Source: Octopus bimaculoides (lineage: Eukaryota). Taken from it: a DNA stretch of 64,000 bases. Positions within the stretch are counted from its first letter, which is position 1. The number at the start of each line of letters is the position of its first letter. Made by a program: the position numbers and the translations under genes. Shown here one piece after another: positions 40,996 through 54,003 of this stretch. The DNA lies in assembly GCF_001194135.2 (NCBI RefSeq), contig NC_068995.1:54527544-54591543 (forward strand), in the 5' to 3' direction. The notes beneath the pieces were generated by a model. The model was not told where the DNA came from, searched no databases, and worked only from the letters and a program-made list of their open reading frames with translations.

Positions 40996-42555
40996 NNNNN
41001 NNNNNNNNNNNNNNNNNNNNNNNNNNNNNNNNNNNNNNNNNNNNNNNNNNNNNNNNNNNNNNNNNNNNNNNNNNNNNNNNNNNNNNNNNNNNNNNNNNNN
41101 NNNNNNNNNNNNNNNNNNNNNNNNNNNNNNNNNNNNNNNNNNNNNNNNNNNNNNNNNNNNNNNNNNNNNNNNNNNNNNNNNNNNNNNNNNNNNNNNNNNN
41201 NNNNNNNNNNNNNNNNNNNNNNNNNNNNNNNNNNNNNNNNNNNNNNNNNNNNNNNNNNNNNNNNNNNNNNNNNNNNNNNNNNNNNNNNNNNNNNNNNNNN
41301 NNNNNNNNNNNNNNNNNNNNNNNNNNNNNNNNNNNNNNNNNNNNNNNNNNNNNNNNNNNNNNNNNNNNNNNNTATATATATAAACAATCTCATACAGATA
41401 CACACAATATTTCACATACCTATGTATGTATGCAAGACATGGTATGAAAATTATTCTTATTTCTCCGCTTGGAACACGCATCAGATTTATAAACACAAGT
41501 CGCCCTATATCATACATCAGTTGCCTTTCCCACATATAATTCACACGTATTGAATATAAATTATTTCTCTGCGTGAAACCTAATTTCGCTATGAAATGCA
41601 GACAAGTCGCCCTCACGTCACTTCCATCCAAATTAGGAAGCAGAAAGACACAATGTGTGACTTAGTCCTAGTTATTATGTTATGTTCAGTCAATGGTTAA
41701 CTGCCTTTAAACAACAGCCACCTGACGCATCTGTGCATATATGTGACGGCATAAATGTTTGAATCATGAACATAAAATCAATATAAACATTGTTCTTGTA
41801 AATACAACCAAATCTAAATATAAATAATGAGATACTCGTGAAATCATATAAAACATGTACATGATTTAAATTATATAATTTAGGCTTAATTCTTGTACTT
41901 AAAATACACACGCACACATACATAAATGCACACACAAACACACATACACGCATATATATANNNNNNNNNNNNNNNNNNNNNNNNNNNNNNNNNNNNNNNN
42001 NNNNNNNNNNNNNNNNNNNNNNNNNNNNNNNNNNNNNNNNNNNNNNNNNNNNNNNNNNNNNNNNNNNNNNNNNNNNNNNNNNNNNNNNNNNNNNNNNNNN
42101 NNNNNNTATATATATCAGTTCATAATGCATTCGTAATTACTTGAATATTTATTAAGACGAAGAACACATTTACAAATTCTCTCTAGTGTATTTCAGGCAT
42201 AAAATAAAGGAAAATGCATAAAAAAACTCATACGTAATCCCTCTCTACATATATGCATCTCTAGAAGTATGTGTGTGGGAGGGTGTTATATTGATCGTCA
42301 AATTGTTATCTAAATTGCGTCTATAAACTTAAATTAATAAAATCAATAGTTTAACTAATATTATGCAAAAGTCGAATTTTGAAGGCGGTCGAGAGACTGA
42401 TGAAGCAAAATTTGGTAAAATAAGCAATTTTTGGTTCTGATTAATATTTAATCTTTGAAATATATGCAAAGAAATATTCCGATAAAACTTTTACATTATT
42501 CCGAACTTAAATATTCTCCATACATTTAAATATGCTAATACGTGATGCACTTCGG

Positions 42556-42725
42556 TCAGCAAGCTGAGAGAATTGTTATCACGTCATGCCGGTCAAAATG
42601 CTTAGCGGTATTTCGTTCGTATTGCGGTCTGAGTTCACATTCTGCCGAGTCCGGATGCGTTTTCATCGTTTCTGTGTCGATGAAATAAGTATTGTTTAAT
42701 CGCTAAGGTCGACGTCATCGATTTG
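42556..42725 (+). mobile_element. SINE copy
   Basis: ATGCCGGTCAAAATGCTTAGCGGTATTTCG...CTGAGTTCACATTCTGCCGAG...GTCGATGAAATAAGTA matches the in-window family. Confidence 0.8.
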
Positions 42726-43936
42726 AAACTATTTCGTGCATTCCAATATGATATAGTATATGTAAATTACAACTCGTATATCAACACTATAAGTATGTGA
42801 TATATCATTTACGATATATCCACGGAAAACGTTAACTAAAACAAATATGAAACACAAGAGAACGGAAATATTTGTAATATAGATTATGAATGAAATTACA
42901 CAAATTTTAATGCAAATACATATCTAAATATACATGCCTGCATCCATATATATATGTATGGATAAATATATATACATATATATTCATATTTATACATACA
43001 TATATCTATATATGTGTGTGTGCGTGTGTGTGTCTATATATATTCATGCATGCATACATACACACACACAGACACACACATACACTCACACACACATACA
43101 ACTTATGCGAGGATGAAGACAATTGGAAGCTTTTGGTTGAAATCTGATAAATGCAGTTATTAATATTTTTTTCAGCAAGGCATTTCATGAATGGGATATT
43201 TATGTAAAAGCTATAGAATTCTTCAATCTTGCATTGTTTGTGGAGAATATTGCTCCTCGTGTCTGTATTAACCCAGGAATATCTCTTTCATTTTAGGTAA
43301 TAAACTATTGAATATGCCCTTAACGACCAAATGCATGAAACGAAAATATTTGCTTTTTTGGTCAGGGTACCTAAATACATGCTTTTAAGAAGAAAATATA
43401 AATTAATGGGGTTTGAGTCGATAGCCATTAAGCTTAGGGGTTGTTGTTAGTGATAATTATATTGAAACACAAACCTTGACGCAATTCTCCTTATGAGTGC
43501 AGTTAGATGAGCTGATATGTTGCTAGATACGGGTTTTTTCTTCCTGTATTACAAGCAATTACTTGAACATGCAAAATTATGGACCAAGTTTGAATAAAAT
43601 AATACTATAATTGCTTTCCATTGTTTCGTCACCACATTGATTTTTTCTGCTATGCAGTTTTCCTTTATATAGATTTAACTTTCGATAGCAACCAGGGCCT
43701 TACCTATGTTCATTACATCTAATTATATAAGTTTTCACCTTTTACTTTCTTATACATCTCATATTGCATGCTTATAGGTTTATCCTATGACGTATTAACG
43801 TCTGGTCTTTTTATGCTTTTAAGAATATAACTCTCAAACAAATGTCAACACTAATCTATGTGTTACAAAAGTAAACACACACACACACGCACACACAAAC
43901 ACACGCACACACGCGCACACACCCCCACACACAAAC

Positions 43937-43968
<32 letters not shown>

Positions 43969-46803
43969 CCGTGTATGCATATATACCACAACTGGTACGC
44001 TACTTCACTTATCACCTATAACAGTCAAATAAAATCTGTTATCACGTTTCATCAAAGAAGTCTTCTGAAGAGCAATGTTTTATTTCTAATGTACTTGAAA
44101 CCCTACTAAATCAGGTAACCTGCTTCTTCACGCATTTGTATGATAACAGAAATGAATGGAGAAAGCGAAATTTCAATTCTAAACAGTCTGAAGGACGTTT
44201 CGCCAAATATTAATTATATCAAAAGCAGTTGGATCATATTGCTAATTTTCTCACTGACATCAGATAGAAATTCTGTGCATCGTTCGTGGTAAGTCGTGAA
44301 AAACTTTCGGTTGTGCCTTCCTTCTACAATTCAGCCTTCACAATTATGCTATATATATCTTTTATATCAGGAGAATATTATGCATGATAAGCCATACATC
44401 AATAAGGAGAATAAAAATAAAGAAAATTATGGTAATCAGAGCATTCAGCGTACAAGATGCATATTGCTTAAAACACGATTTTATAGCCTGTATTGACATC
44501 TACATCAAGCCTTATGGTTGTTAGAATAATGCAGTTAGATGTGTATAAGAAATATCACACTGCTCAGTGTTGATGGGAATTTCACGATCAATGGCGGAAT
44601 AAGAATTATATTCCCTACACAAAGAATACCGATTTGATATGAATCTGTATTAACATTGTATGAAACATCGGCTGTTACATTAAAGCAATATCTCCCTCAG
44701 AAGAAAACGCTCAGTACGCTCTAATTTGCGTGCACGAATATGCTGACGTCATTAGGATAGCTACTGAATATGGTGAGAAAGTTGGAATAAAACGTGATGC
44801 AGATGTATGTCGTAGGAACATATGGACATTCTATTCCACACGGCAGAAACACAATGCCATATATCTGTATGTGTGTGTTTGGTTATGTGTATTCTTGTGT
44901 GTGATGTATTCGCGCGCGTGCAGGAGAATGCCTACGTGCAATATAGTGCAATTAGAATGTTGTACATGGGTACTTGAAACGAAAACCATTTAGGGTATAA
45001 ACCACATTTAAATGTCCATGAATTCTACAGGCAAGTTTATAAGATTACACTTTGCAAGTTACCTCGATGCAAACCAGGAGAAAGACATTCCACCAAGTAT
45101 CTACTAGAGAGAACTTGGAAACTATTATCTCATAACAGATAGAAATTTTGGTAAACCAATATTTCAAGTGGTTGATCACAGTTGTTACTTCCGAAACAAT
45201 GTCCGCTAGATATGATCTTCTCACGACCTATGTAGAGAGGACTATCTGGAATAGTGAATTAACTCATAAAACCGAATATACAGATATCGATATATGAAAT
45301 AAACATTGTTTGAACCCCATCATAAAAGCCGCATCAAAATTCAAATTACAATTTACATTGTTATTTTGGACCACAAAATAGAATGTATTATGAGTTAAAA
45401 CAGTCCTGATTGCTCCTTAAAGCTTGTATCCATTATCAATCTTTGAAGAAGTTAAACAAATAATGAACAAATAAATGAATTATCTTAAAAGACTAAGGTA
45501 TCTTCAAATGAAATAAAATAAAAAAATAAATGCGCCCTTTTAAATCGTAGCCCTGTCCAGGAATCAAAATCACAATCTTATGATCATGATGCTGACACCC
45601 TAAACACTAAGGCACGCGCCTCCACTCTTGAAATAAAAAGGATGAATATTTTCGCACAGACAAACGAAACTTGAAGAAAAGCTATGTTTTCCCGACACTT
45701 TAGAAACACGCTGTTCTTCCAAATTAGAATTAAGCGTCCAGTAATATACCNNNNNNNNNNNNNNNNNNNNNNNNNNNNNNNNNNNNNNNNNNNNNNNNNN
45801 NNNNNNNNNNNNNNNNNNNNNNNNNNNNNNNNNNNNNNNNNNNNNNNNNNNNNNNNNNNNNNNNNNNNNNNNNNNNNNNNNNNNNNNNNNNNNNNNNNNN
45901 NNNNNNNNNNNNNNNNNNNNNNNNNNNNNNNNNNNNNNNNNNNNNNNNNNNNNNNNNNNNNNNNNNNNNNNNNNNNNNNNNNNNNNNNNNNNNNNNNNNN
46001 NNNNNNNNNNNNNNNNNNNNNNNNNNNNNNNNNNNNNNNNNNNNNNNNNNNNNNNNNNNNNNNNNNNNNNNNNNNNNNNNNNNNNNNNNNNNNNNNNNNN
46101 NNNNNNNNNNNNNNNNNNNNNNNNNNNNNNNNNNNNNNNNNNNNNNNCAGTAAACAATATGCATAGTTCTGTGAAGGAACATTTAGGAAAATTAAAGTCA
46201 GTCATAATTTCATTAGGCGTGTCGCTGCTTCCATATAAATAGAAGTCGAAAATATTTTCAAACAATTTTCTTCTGAATATATGCTAAACATCTATGGCCT
46301 CGGGTGTTGCAATATTTTCATTGAACAAATCTGTTTCGGCATTTGCTTCTGTATTTCAAGTTGGCTAAATATGGTGGATTATTTGTATTTCAACCAAATA
46401 TTTCTTTTCTATTTACCGTGGAGCTAAAATGATTTGGACATTTTTCAGAATGTCCTCCGGTCACTACAAGTTCGATGCAATGAAATCACTAAAATTAAAT
46501 ATTCACAACAATTCCCGTTATGTTTTGTAAAGCCTCTAGATGTATCACGAATAATATTTCATGAAAATATTATTACCATCATCGCTATGATGCATTAACT
46601 TTTTCAAGTAATTTTTGTTTCGACATCGCCCCTATGAATAACTAATAATTGTTAATGGTAACACGTTTATGCAGTATATACAGCATATGTATTGGGGTGC
46701 TTGAAGGTTATATATTTATATATAATGAAATATCTAAGCACATATAAAAAATGTCACATACCTATATATTCATACACACACACACACACACGCACACACA
46801 CAC

Positions 46804-46835
<32 letters not shown>

Positions 46836-47241
46836 NNNNNNNNNNNNNNNNNNNNNNNNNNNNNNNNNNNNNNNNNNNNNNNNNNNNNNNNNNNNNNNNN
46901 NNNNNNNNNNNNNNNNNNNNNNNNNNNNNNNNNNNNNNNNNNNNNNNNNNNNNNNNNNNNNNNNNNNNNNNNNNNNNNNNNNNNNNNNNNTATATATATG
47001 TATATATATGCGCATGCGTTTATGTCTGTGTGTATACACACATTGTTATATAGACGCACACATATATGCTAGTACCTAACAACCATAATATGATCGATCA
47101 AACAATGCTTAATATTCCTGCGTAGATGGATAGATATAAACACACCGTCTAAATAGTCCGAGCAGCAGCATTTTGATAAAAATGAACCTTCAAATTTTTG
47201 TTGTTTCCGAATAAACAGAGCAAGAAAAGTTTGAAATCACT

Positions 47242-47242
<1 letters not shown>

Positions 47243-47294
<52 letters not shown>
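47243..47294. repeat. (AAT)n microsatellite
   Basis: Direct reading. Confidence 0.97.
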
Positions 47295-47295
<1 letters not shown>

Positions 47296-47724
47296 TTTTC
47301 CATTAGACATTATGATGGGCAAAATATTTTAAAGTTAAAATGACTTTAAAAATACGGTAAATATTTCGTAAAAGCATTTGCTAAAATTACTACTGAATGG
47401 AATGAGACCGGAAGTACATGTTTGCAGAATGAACGTCTGAGTCCCGTATGCACCTATAAAGAGCACGTTGAAAGTATAATCACTCTACTCGAAAAGCACA
47501 TTGTAATGTATTTAGAACTCGGTAACCGTTGTAAATTGTCATGTATATAACATTTATTTTATGTATACATAAAACCGAATATTTCCTCTCACTTCGCTTC
47601 TAAAAGAAAAGCAAAAAATAATAATAAAACAAAGGACATATATTCATACGATACCGAAATGGACCAGGTACTGTTTATTTCAAAACTCAGGCACATTCTG
47701 ATGACTTTGATATGATTTTTTTTT

Positions 47725-47828
47725 TCAGAAATTTCTCTATAATAATATTTTCAGAAATGTCCCTATAATAATATTTTCAGAAATGTCTCTTTAATAATAT
47801 TTCCAGAAATTTCTCTATAATAATATTT
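47725..47828. repeat. 26-bp minisatellite, 4 copies (TCAGAAATKTCYCTWTAATAATATTT)
   Basis: Units at 47725, 47751, 47777 and 47803, each differing by 1-2 substitutions, with no spacers. Confidence 0.93.
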
Positions 47829-48701
47829 TTTTAAGAATTTGTAAGTATACAATATAGCCAGCACTGTCGAAACTGTAGAAATCAGCATCTTTTAATTTTC
47901 TTTTATCTATTTCGATGACATTAGACACTTAAATTGTATTCCTTTTTTAGTGATGTTTAAGGTTATTCTGTGTCGAAGATTAGAGGCAAAATTGCAGTAA
48001 TCAGGACAGCGAATTCCGTGAGTCCGTTTGGTAGGAAAGTCATTCCTGTGCAATGTCTATATATTTTCCGAGAATAGTTGCTATCTCAATGAATTATTGA
48101 TAGCAGGAAGCTTTCTGGACAAATCATTTAATATTTATTGAGAGGATTAATGATGTGATGCACTCAAACAGTGCAGCAAGTAGATACATTGAAGATACAG
48201 TAGCTTAGATAATGCAGCTTAGATGACAAATATTTAAACAGTTATATTCGATTATGTGAGAAGACAGAAGGATCTGGCTACCATAGGAGTATACATATAT
48301 TATATATGTGTTAGAAATCTGTTTCCCATTAACGACCCCTTAGTCTTTTTAAACAAGTAAACACAAAATAAAGTTTACGTACTATACTCCAAGATATAGA
48401 ATGCAGAATAACGTGTCTTGCTTGCTAGTAATTACACAAAACATAATAAATGACTATTTTGATTCGAAAACCTAACCGTATATTCTCTACTGAATTCTAA
48501 GAGTCCATGAAATGAATTCTGCACGGAACTGCAAGGTCGTGTCCGTATGTCCATACATACTAAATAGGTTTCTGAATAATTTAGTAGAAAATGCGGAAGA
48601 ACGAATCCCCGTATACATATAAATACACAAAGGTAAAATATATTTATTTGAGTGTTTGTGTATGTGTTTGTGCATGCACATGTCTTAGTGTGTCAGGGAG
48701 A

Positions 48702-48739
<38 letters not shown>

Positions 48740-48966
48740 AGATAGAAGTAGAGAGAACGAGTTTTATATGTGTATCAGCATGTGTTTGATGATTACGTGC
48801 AAGATCGTCTTAACCTACACGCAATATTTCGCATTGAATTCAATGATCTGAACATTCTGCACGTCTCTTGTTTTGTTCGTGTCCGTTTTGCGTTGTAATC
48901 GTCATAAAGAATACACCGAAAACTATGCGTGCACAGATTATATTCTTATATTTGGGCAGCCACAAT

Positions 48967-48987
48967 TAGAATTAGATGCTCTTGGTA

Positions 48988-49066
<79 letters not shown>

Positions 49067-49384
49067 NNNNNNNNNNNNNNNNNNNNNNNNNNNNNNNNNN
49101 NNNNNNNNNNNNNNNNNNNNNNNNNNNNNNNNNNNNNNNNNNNNNNNNNNNNNNNNNNNNNNNNNNNNNNNNNNNNNNNNNNNNNNNNNNNNNNNNNNNN
49201 NNNNNNNNNNNNNNNNNNNNNNNNNNNNNNNNNNNNNNNNNNNNNNNNNNNNNNNNNNNNNNNNNNNNNNNNNNNNNNNNNNNNNNNNNNNNNNNNNNNN
49301 NNNNNNNNNNNNNNNNNNNNNNNNNNNNNNNNNNNNNNNNNNNNNNNNNNNNNNNNNNNNNNNTAGAATTAGATGCTCTTGGTA

Positions 49385-49450
<66 letters not shown>
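48967..49450. repeat. Direct duplication spanning a gap, probably an assembly artefact
   Basis: TAGAATTAGATGCTCTTGGTAATATATATA(CA)14(TA)n occurs at 48967 and again at 49364, immediately after the N run. Confidence 0.85.
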
Positions 49451-49455
<5 letters not shown>

Positions 49456-49540
49456 CATATATACAACGGTATTCTTTTAGGTTCTATCTACCAAATCAAG
49501 TAACCGGAGTTGGTTAGTGCGGGGCTGTAGTGGGGCTATA

Positions 49541-49605
49541 CTGCCATGTTGCGGCACTGAATCCGGAACCATGTTGTTTGGAAAGCAAGCTTCTTACCAC
49601 GCACC
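49541..49605 (-). mobile_element. Head of a second tRNA-derived SINE family
   Basis: Reverse complement GGTGCGTGGTAAGAAGCTTGCTTTCCAAACAACATGGTTCCGGATTCAGTGCC has A-box-like and B-box-like segments at tRNA spacing but no intact cloverleaf. Confidence 0.55.
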
Positions 49606-51015
49606 GAAAGAGATCTTCTAAACTTCCGTTATTTGCCCTTCTAGAATGAATTGAATCAATTTCTTTTGAATGAATATTTACATTCTTCAAAAAGAGAATA
49701 TGAGAAACGGAAACATAACAAAAATCACAGACACTCAGATCAAAAACAAATTAATAATTCCACATGAACACTCTCCCAGGTCTACAAGTCAATAGACTTC
49801 CTGTAATCGTACGCTAGCCAAAAACGTAGGCCAGGTGCAGTTGTATTGATACTAAAAAGAAAACAAAATTGAAAAATGCCATATTTATTTATTCACGTCG
49901 TATTGTCTTCCACTTAATTTGCATTGTCTTGTGAATGGTGACTCGAAGACCTTTTACATTTGGGTTAAGATTCAAGTTACCGATTTTATAATATAGCAAA
50001 CTAAAATAGAAAATCGCGTCTTGAAACTCGAAATATCTTTTTCTTTGTGTTCTTAACTGTCTCGACATGTTGCTTATTTTAGAACGATTTGAAAGACATT
50101 TGTGTACAAAACAAAATCCATTATAAGGAATGATTGAAATATTATCGCAAGGAAATTTGCGAATTATCTTCTCTACTTTCCCCCCGTTACGTTTTCTGCT
50201 TCACAATTATTGCAATAGCTATATACCTATCTATATATGTACACACATAAATGTATGTCAGTCTACATGTCTGTATGTATCTAGTATTATATTATACGCA
50301 CATACACACGCACACACATACATACATACATACGCACACACACAACTTATATGTGCAAAATTATGCGTATATATATACACATGACCATAAAATTATACGA
50401 CGTATCTATTTATCTTTCTCTCCCTCTCCCTCACTCTGCCCGTCTGTCTGTTTCTCTCTTTATATAAATATCTGTGCCTATATGTATATATGTGTTTGTG
50501 TATACATACACGTGAACGACCACACACAGACAGACAAACAGACAGGCATGTATATATACACACGCACACACGCGCAGATACATTTCAGTGAGACTTGTGT
50601 CTTTTCTATTTTATACAAATATAACAATAGTATTGTCGTGGAAAACGTCACAGAATCTGAATCGAACAAAATAATTCCTAACAATATGAACATACATCTC
50701 TACCTACACATACTAACACACACAAACACACCTGCGCGCATATACGTCTTCTTTCGTCGATAGCATAACCAAAAAAGCACTCAACGCATTTGTTAACAAC
50801 TGAAATTAATTATATAGTACGTTGTTTCCAGCTGTGAAGCAAACTATATGCTATTCTTAGTTAATTTGTGTTTCAGCATTGTTTCTGGCTTCATGTGATA
50901 TATGCTAGAATCAGTTTTATGTGTTTTAATACAATATTCATCCAGGCTGCCCCTGGGCCGTGAAATATACGACGTATGCAGTTCGGGCAGATATTTCCTG
51001 GGGACAGAATACGAC

Positions 51016-51057
51016 AGGTGACCTGCGATAGGTGAACCGAGATAGATGAACCGCGAT
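51016..51057. repeat. 14-bp imperfect tandem repeat, 3 copies
   Basis: AGGTGACCTGCGAT / AGGTGAACCGAGAT / AGATGAACCGCGAT. Confidence 0.75.
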
Positions 51058-52317
51058 ATGTCGATGGATTACTTTATATGTATGTGTGTGTGTGTGTGTG
51101 TGTATGTGTGTGTGTGCGTGTGCGTGTGCGTGTGTGTGTGTGCGTGTGTATGCATTATTGTGTGTTTATATATATATATTTGTGAAGAACTCTACTGCCG
51201 AAGACGACGTATGAGCGTTCAGAATTTGCCGAACGACCTTCACAAAGGATTTGTTTAGGGTCATCAAAAGTATGTGCCGTATAATAGATCACGCATCCCA
51301 GTATAATCGGCGTTGACTGAACAGGTGCACGGTGCACTACACATCAGGTGTAGCAGAGCAACGTTATCGCAGACCATAAATGTAAGTGTATAAGGCTATA
51401 TGTATGTATATAAATATACATGACATACTTGTTACGGAATATTTGCTGTCATAACATGCAATTTGGTGACTCGAAAATCATTCCTTCTCTAATATTGTCA
51501 TTACGTGCTACATATAACATGGAGTTAATGAGAAAATAGCCTTCAATTACTAAATTGTAGACACAATTACAGGCACGATATTAATATACGCAAAACTGAG
51601 ATAAAATTATTATGAATGCCTATGTATGTATACAAAAGCAAACACACACAGATACAGAGTCATGCATATTTTATAGCATATAGCATATAGTATATATTTT
51701 GCATACATGTAGTAGTACGCTTGTAATTGTGTTTTCTTATAATTTTCTATGCATACAGAAGCATATATGTATTGATCGGAAACATTCAAAATTCAAAGAA
51801 ATTCTATTCTTGTGTCATGCAAATCCATTAACAATAATTACTCTCATTCTGTTGGAAATGAAAGAATAAATCAAAATACATTAAATAATGATAATATAAC
51901 TAATTTCGTCACAGATCAATTATTGAATGACTTTGTGAAAGCATCGATATTTCTCGTATAGATTATCCCCCGAAATGGATTGTTTAAAAGTATAAATTAA
52001 GCTAGCTACTATTAAAAATATGATAAACTTGAAGTTTTTCTGACGTTTTCACTTTCATTTGTATTTTAAGACGTTCTTCATGTTATTCCTTCATGGTTTC
52101 TCTGCATTGTCATATATGTCAGTTTGTCCGTAAATGTAAGAGAAATACAAACGTAAATCCCATAGTCAAACGTCAAGAGATATAAAGGGAGGTAGGTGCA
52201 TATAATGAATTAAGTGGCATTAGAAATGTAGAATTTATGGAAGAATTTGCTTCCAGCAAATCTTAAGAATTATGAGGAAATCGTGCGATGTTTTGACAGC
52301 TGTCTGTCTTCGTTCAG

Positions 52318-52380
52318 ATTAACATGAGCATCGGCAAAAATCAACATAGCAATAATTGTCAGAAAAAGGCTAATCCCCAG
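52318..52380 (+). CDS. Candidate exon (63 nt, phase 0-0): INMSIGKNQHSNNCQKKANPQ; may carry a start codon at 52324
   Basis: Acceptor CTGTCTGTCTTCGTTCAG, full-consensus donor CAG|GTGAGT, only one open frame, ATG context AACATGA. An in-frame alternative acceptor lies at 52300. No homology recognised. Confidence 0.45.
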
Positions 52381-52513
52381 GTGAGTTCTTTAATCCTTAT
52401 GAATGTTGTTTTAGTGCAACATAATATATACATACAGGAATACATACATACATATAAGANNNNNNNNNNNNNNNNNNNNNNNNNNNNNNNNNNNNNNNNN
52501 NNNNNNNNNNNNN

Positions 52514-52547
<34 letters not shown>

Positions 52548-52644
52548 ATGCGTACTCATATTTATATACATGTGTATAGGTATATATATATATACACACA
52601 CACATCTACGTCTATATATGTGTGTATATATATATATGTATACT

Positions 52645-52682
<38 letters not shown>

Positions 52683-53264
52683 GTGTGGATATGTTATGGG
52701 TATACTGGGAATAATTCAAAAGAAAAATTAAGAGTAATTAAATGAAGACGTATCTTCGACGTGATGACATGTGATTACTACTCGTTTGTGATATCAAAAC
52801 CAATAAAAAGTTACATGTATAATGTTTTTGTGTGTGACGAGTACTGGAAGGTGATAACATTAACAACAGCCAATGCTCAAAGATATTCCAAATATTACGG
52901 TATATTCATAATTTTGCAGCCTGTGTATCTGATGACCCGATGCAATTATATTTATCTCCATTCCGCTAAGCAATAAATGACTTTTAACCATATATTGTAA
53001 CCCAGAAACGTTGAGTTTTCTTAAACTGTATTATTTGAACATAAACCATATCTTCGCTGATCTCGTGCTTAAATGTTTTCACGACTTATAAAAGACGTAT
53101 TACGAACGCCATTGCCGGCTTAATATATCTGATTATTAGAGTCAAAATCAAGTAGCTTTACGTTATAAATATGCTTAATTAAATTTCGAAAGCTTCAGAT
53201 ACTCAACGTAATTATTTGAAAGATATTAACGAAGAATGTATATATTTTGTCGTATTTTAGAATT

Positions 53265-53329
53265 CACCATGGTACACTACACTATGGTACACTACACCAT
53301 GGTACACTACACCATGGTACACTACACTA
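53265..53329. repeat. 15-bp minisatellite, 4.3 copies (CACCATGGTACACTA)
   Basis: Units at 53265, 53280, 53295 and 53310 with one substitution in unit 2. Confidence 0.95.
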
Positions 53330-53452
53330 ACGTCTTATTTGGATCCGTGCGTCTATGAAGCTTTCAGATATACTGCCGTTGCTTGAATATCAACCTATGA
53401 CACATTTGAAATATTATCTCATAAAAGAAACAAACGGATATCACTCTTTCAT

Positions 53453-53578
53453 GAGCTGGCTGAATCGTGAGCACTCCGAGGCAAAGTCAATCGCTTTTCA
53501 TCAGTTCGAGGTTGATGAAATAAATACCAGCGGTGTATTGGGTCGATGTGGTCGACTTACTCCTGCCCACGAAATTTG
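53453..53578 (+). mobile_element. SINE copy with internal deletion
   Basis: GAGCTGGCTGAATCGTGAGCAC head joined to TTTCATCAGTTCGAGGTTGATGAAATAAATACCAG...GGTCGATGTGGTCGACTTA. Confidence 0.75.
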
Positions 53579-53915
53579 AAATCAATCTTATCTATCTTTG
53601 TACGCCATTTTACGAAAGAGCATTTTTAACTAACACACTCTCGTTTTTCTTTTCCTGCAACCCCAAGGAAATCTTTAATAAAGCAAAATTAGAATTTTGC
53701 ACTGAATTATAATGTTTAAGTTCTTATATAGCCCATCGAAAATACTTATTTTAGAAATTATCCTTCGCGAGATTAACTGAACATTGAACATTTTCCATCT
53801 AATTACAAGAAAATGGTAAACACTTCTAGTAACTGGAATATAACATGAGCAATTATGTAACACGCAGCACAGGTGTTTGAATAGAACTGAACATATTGAA
53901 ATGGGAATAGAAATA

Positions 53916-53948
<33 letters not shown>

Positions 53949-53962
53949 TGTCTTTCTCCGTT

Positions 53963-54003
<41 letters not shown>

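Noticed and set aside
45745-46152. Gap with non-microsatellite flanks TA|CC...CAG|TA, suggestive of a collapsed TA-flanked transposon
   Set aside because: Only 2-3 informative bases on each side.
47725-53329. Short tandem arrays (26, 14 and 15 bp) as possible CRISPR-like arrays
   Set aside because: Units are contiguous with no unique spacers, there are no cas genes, and the context is eukaryotic.
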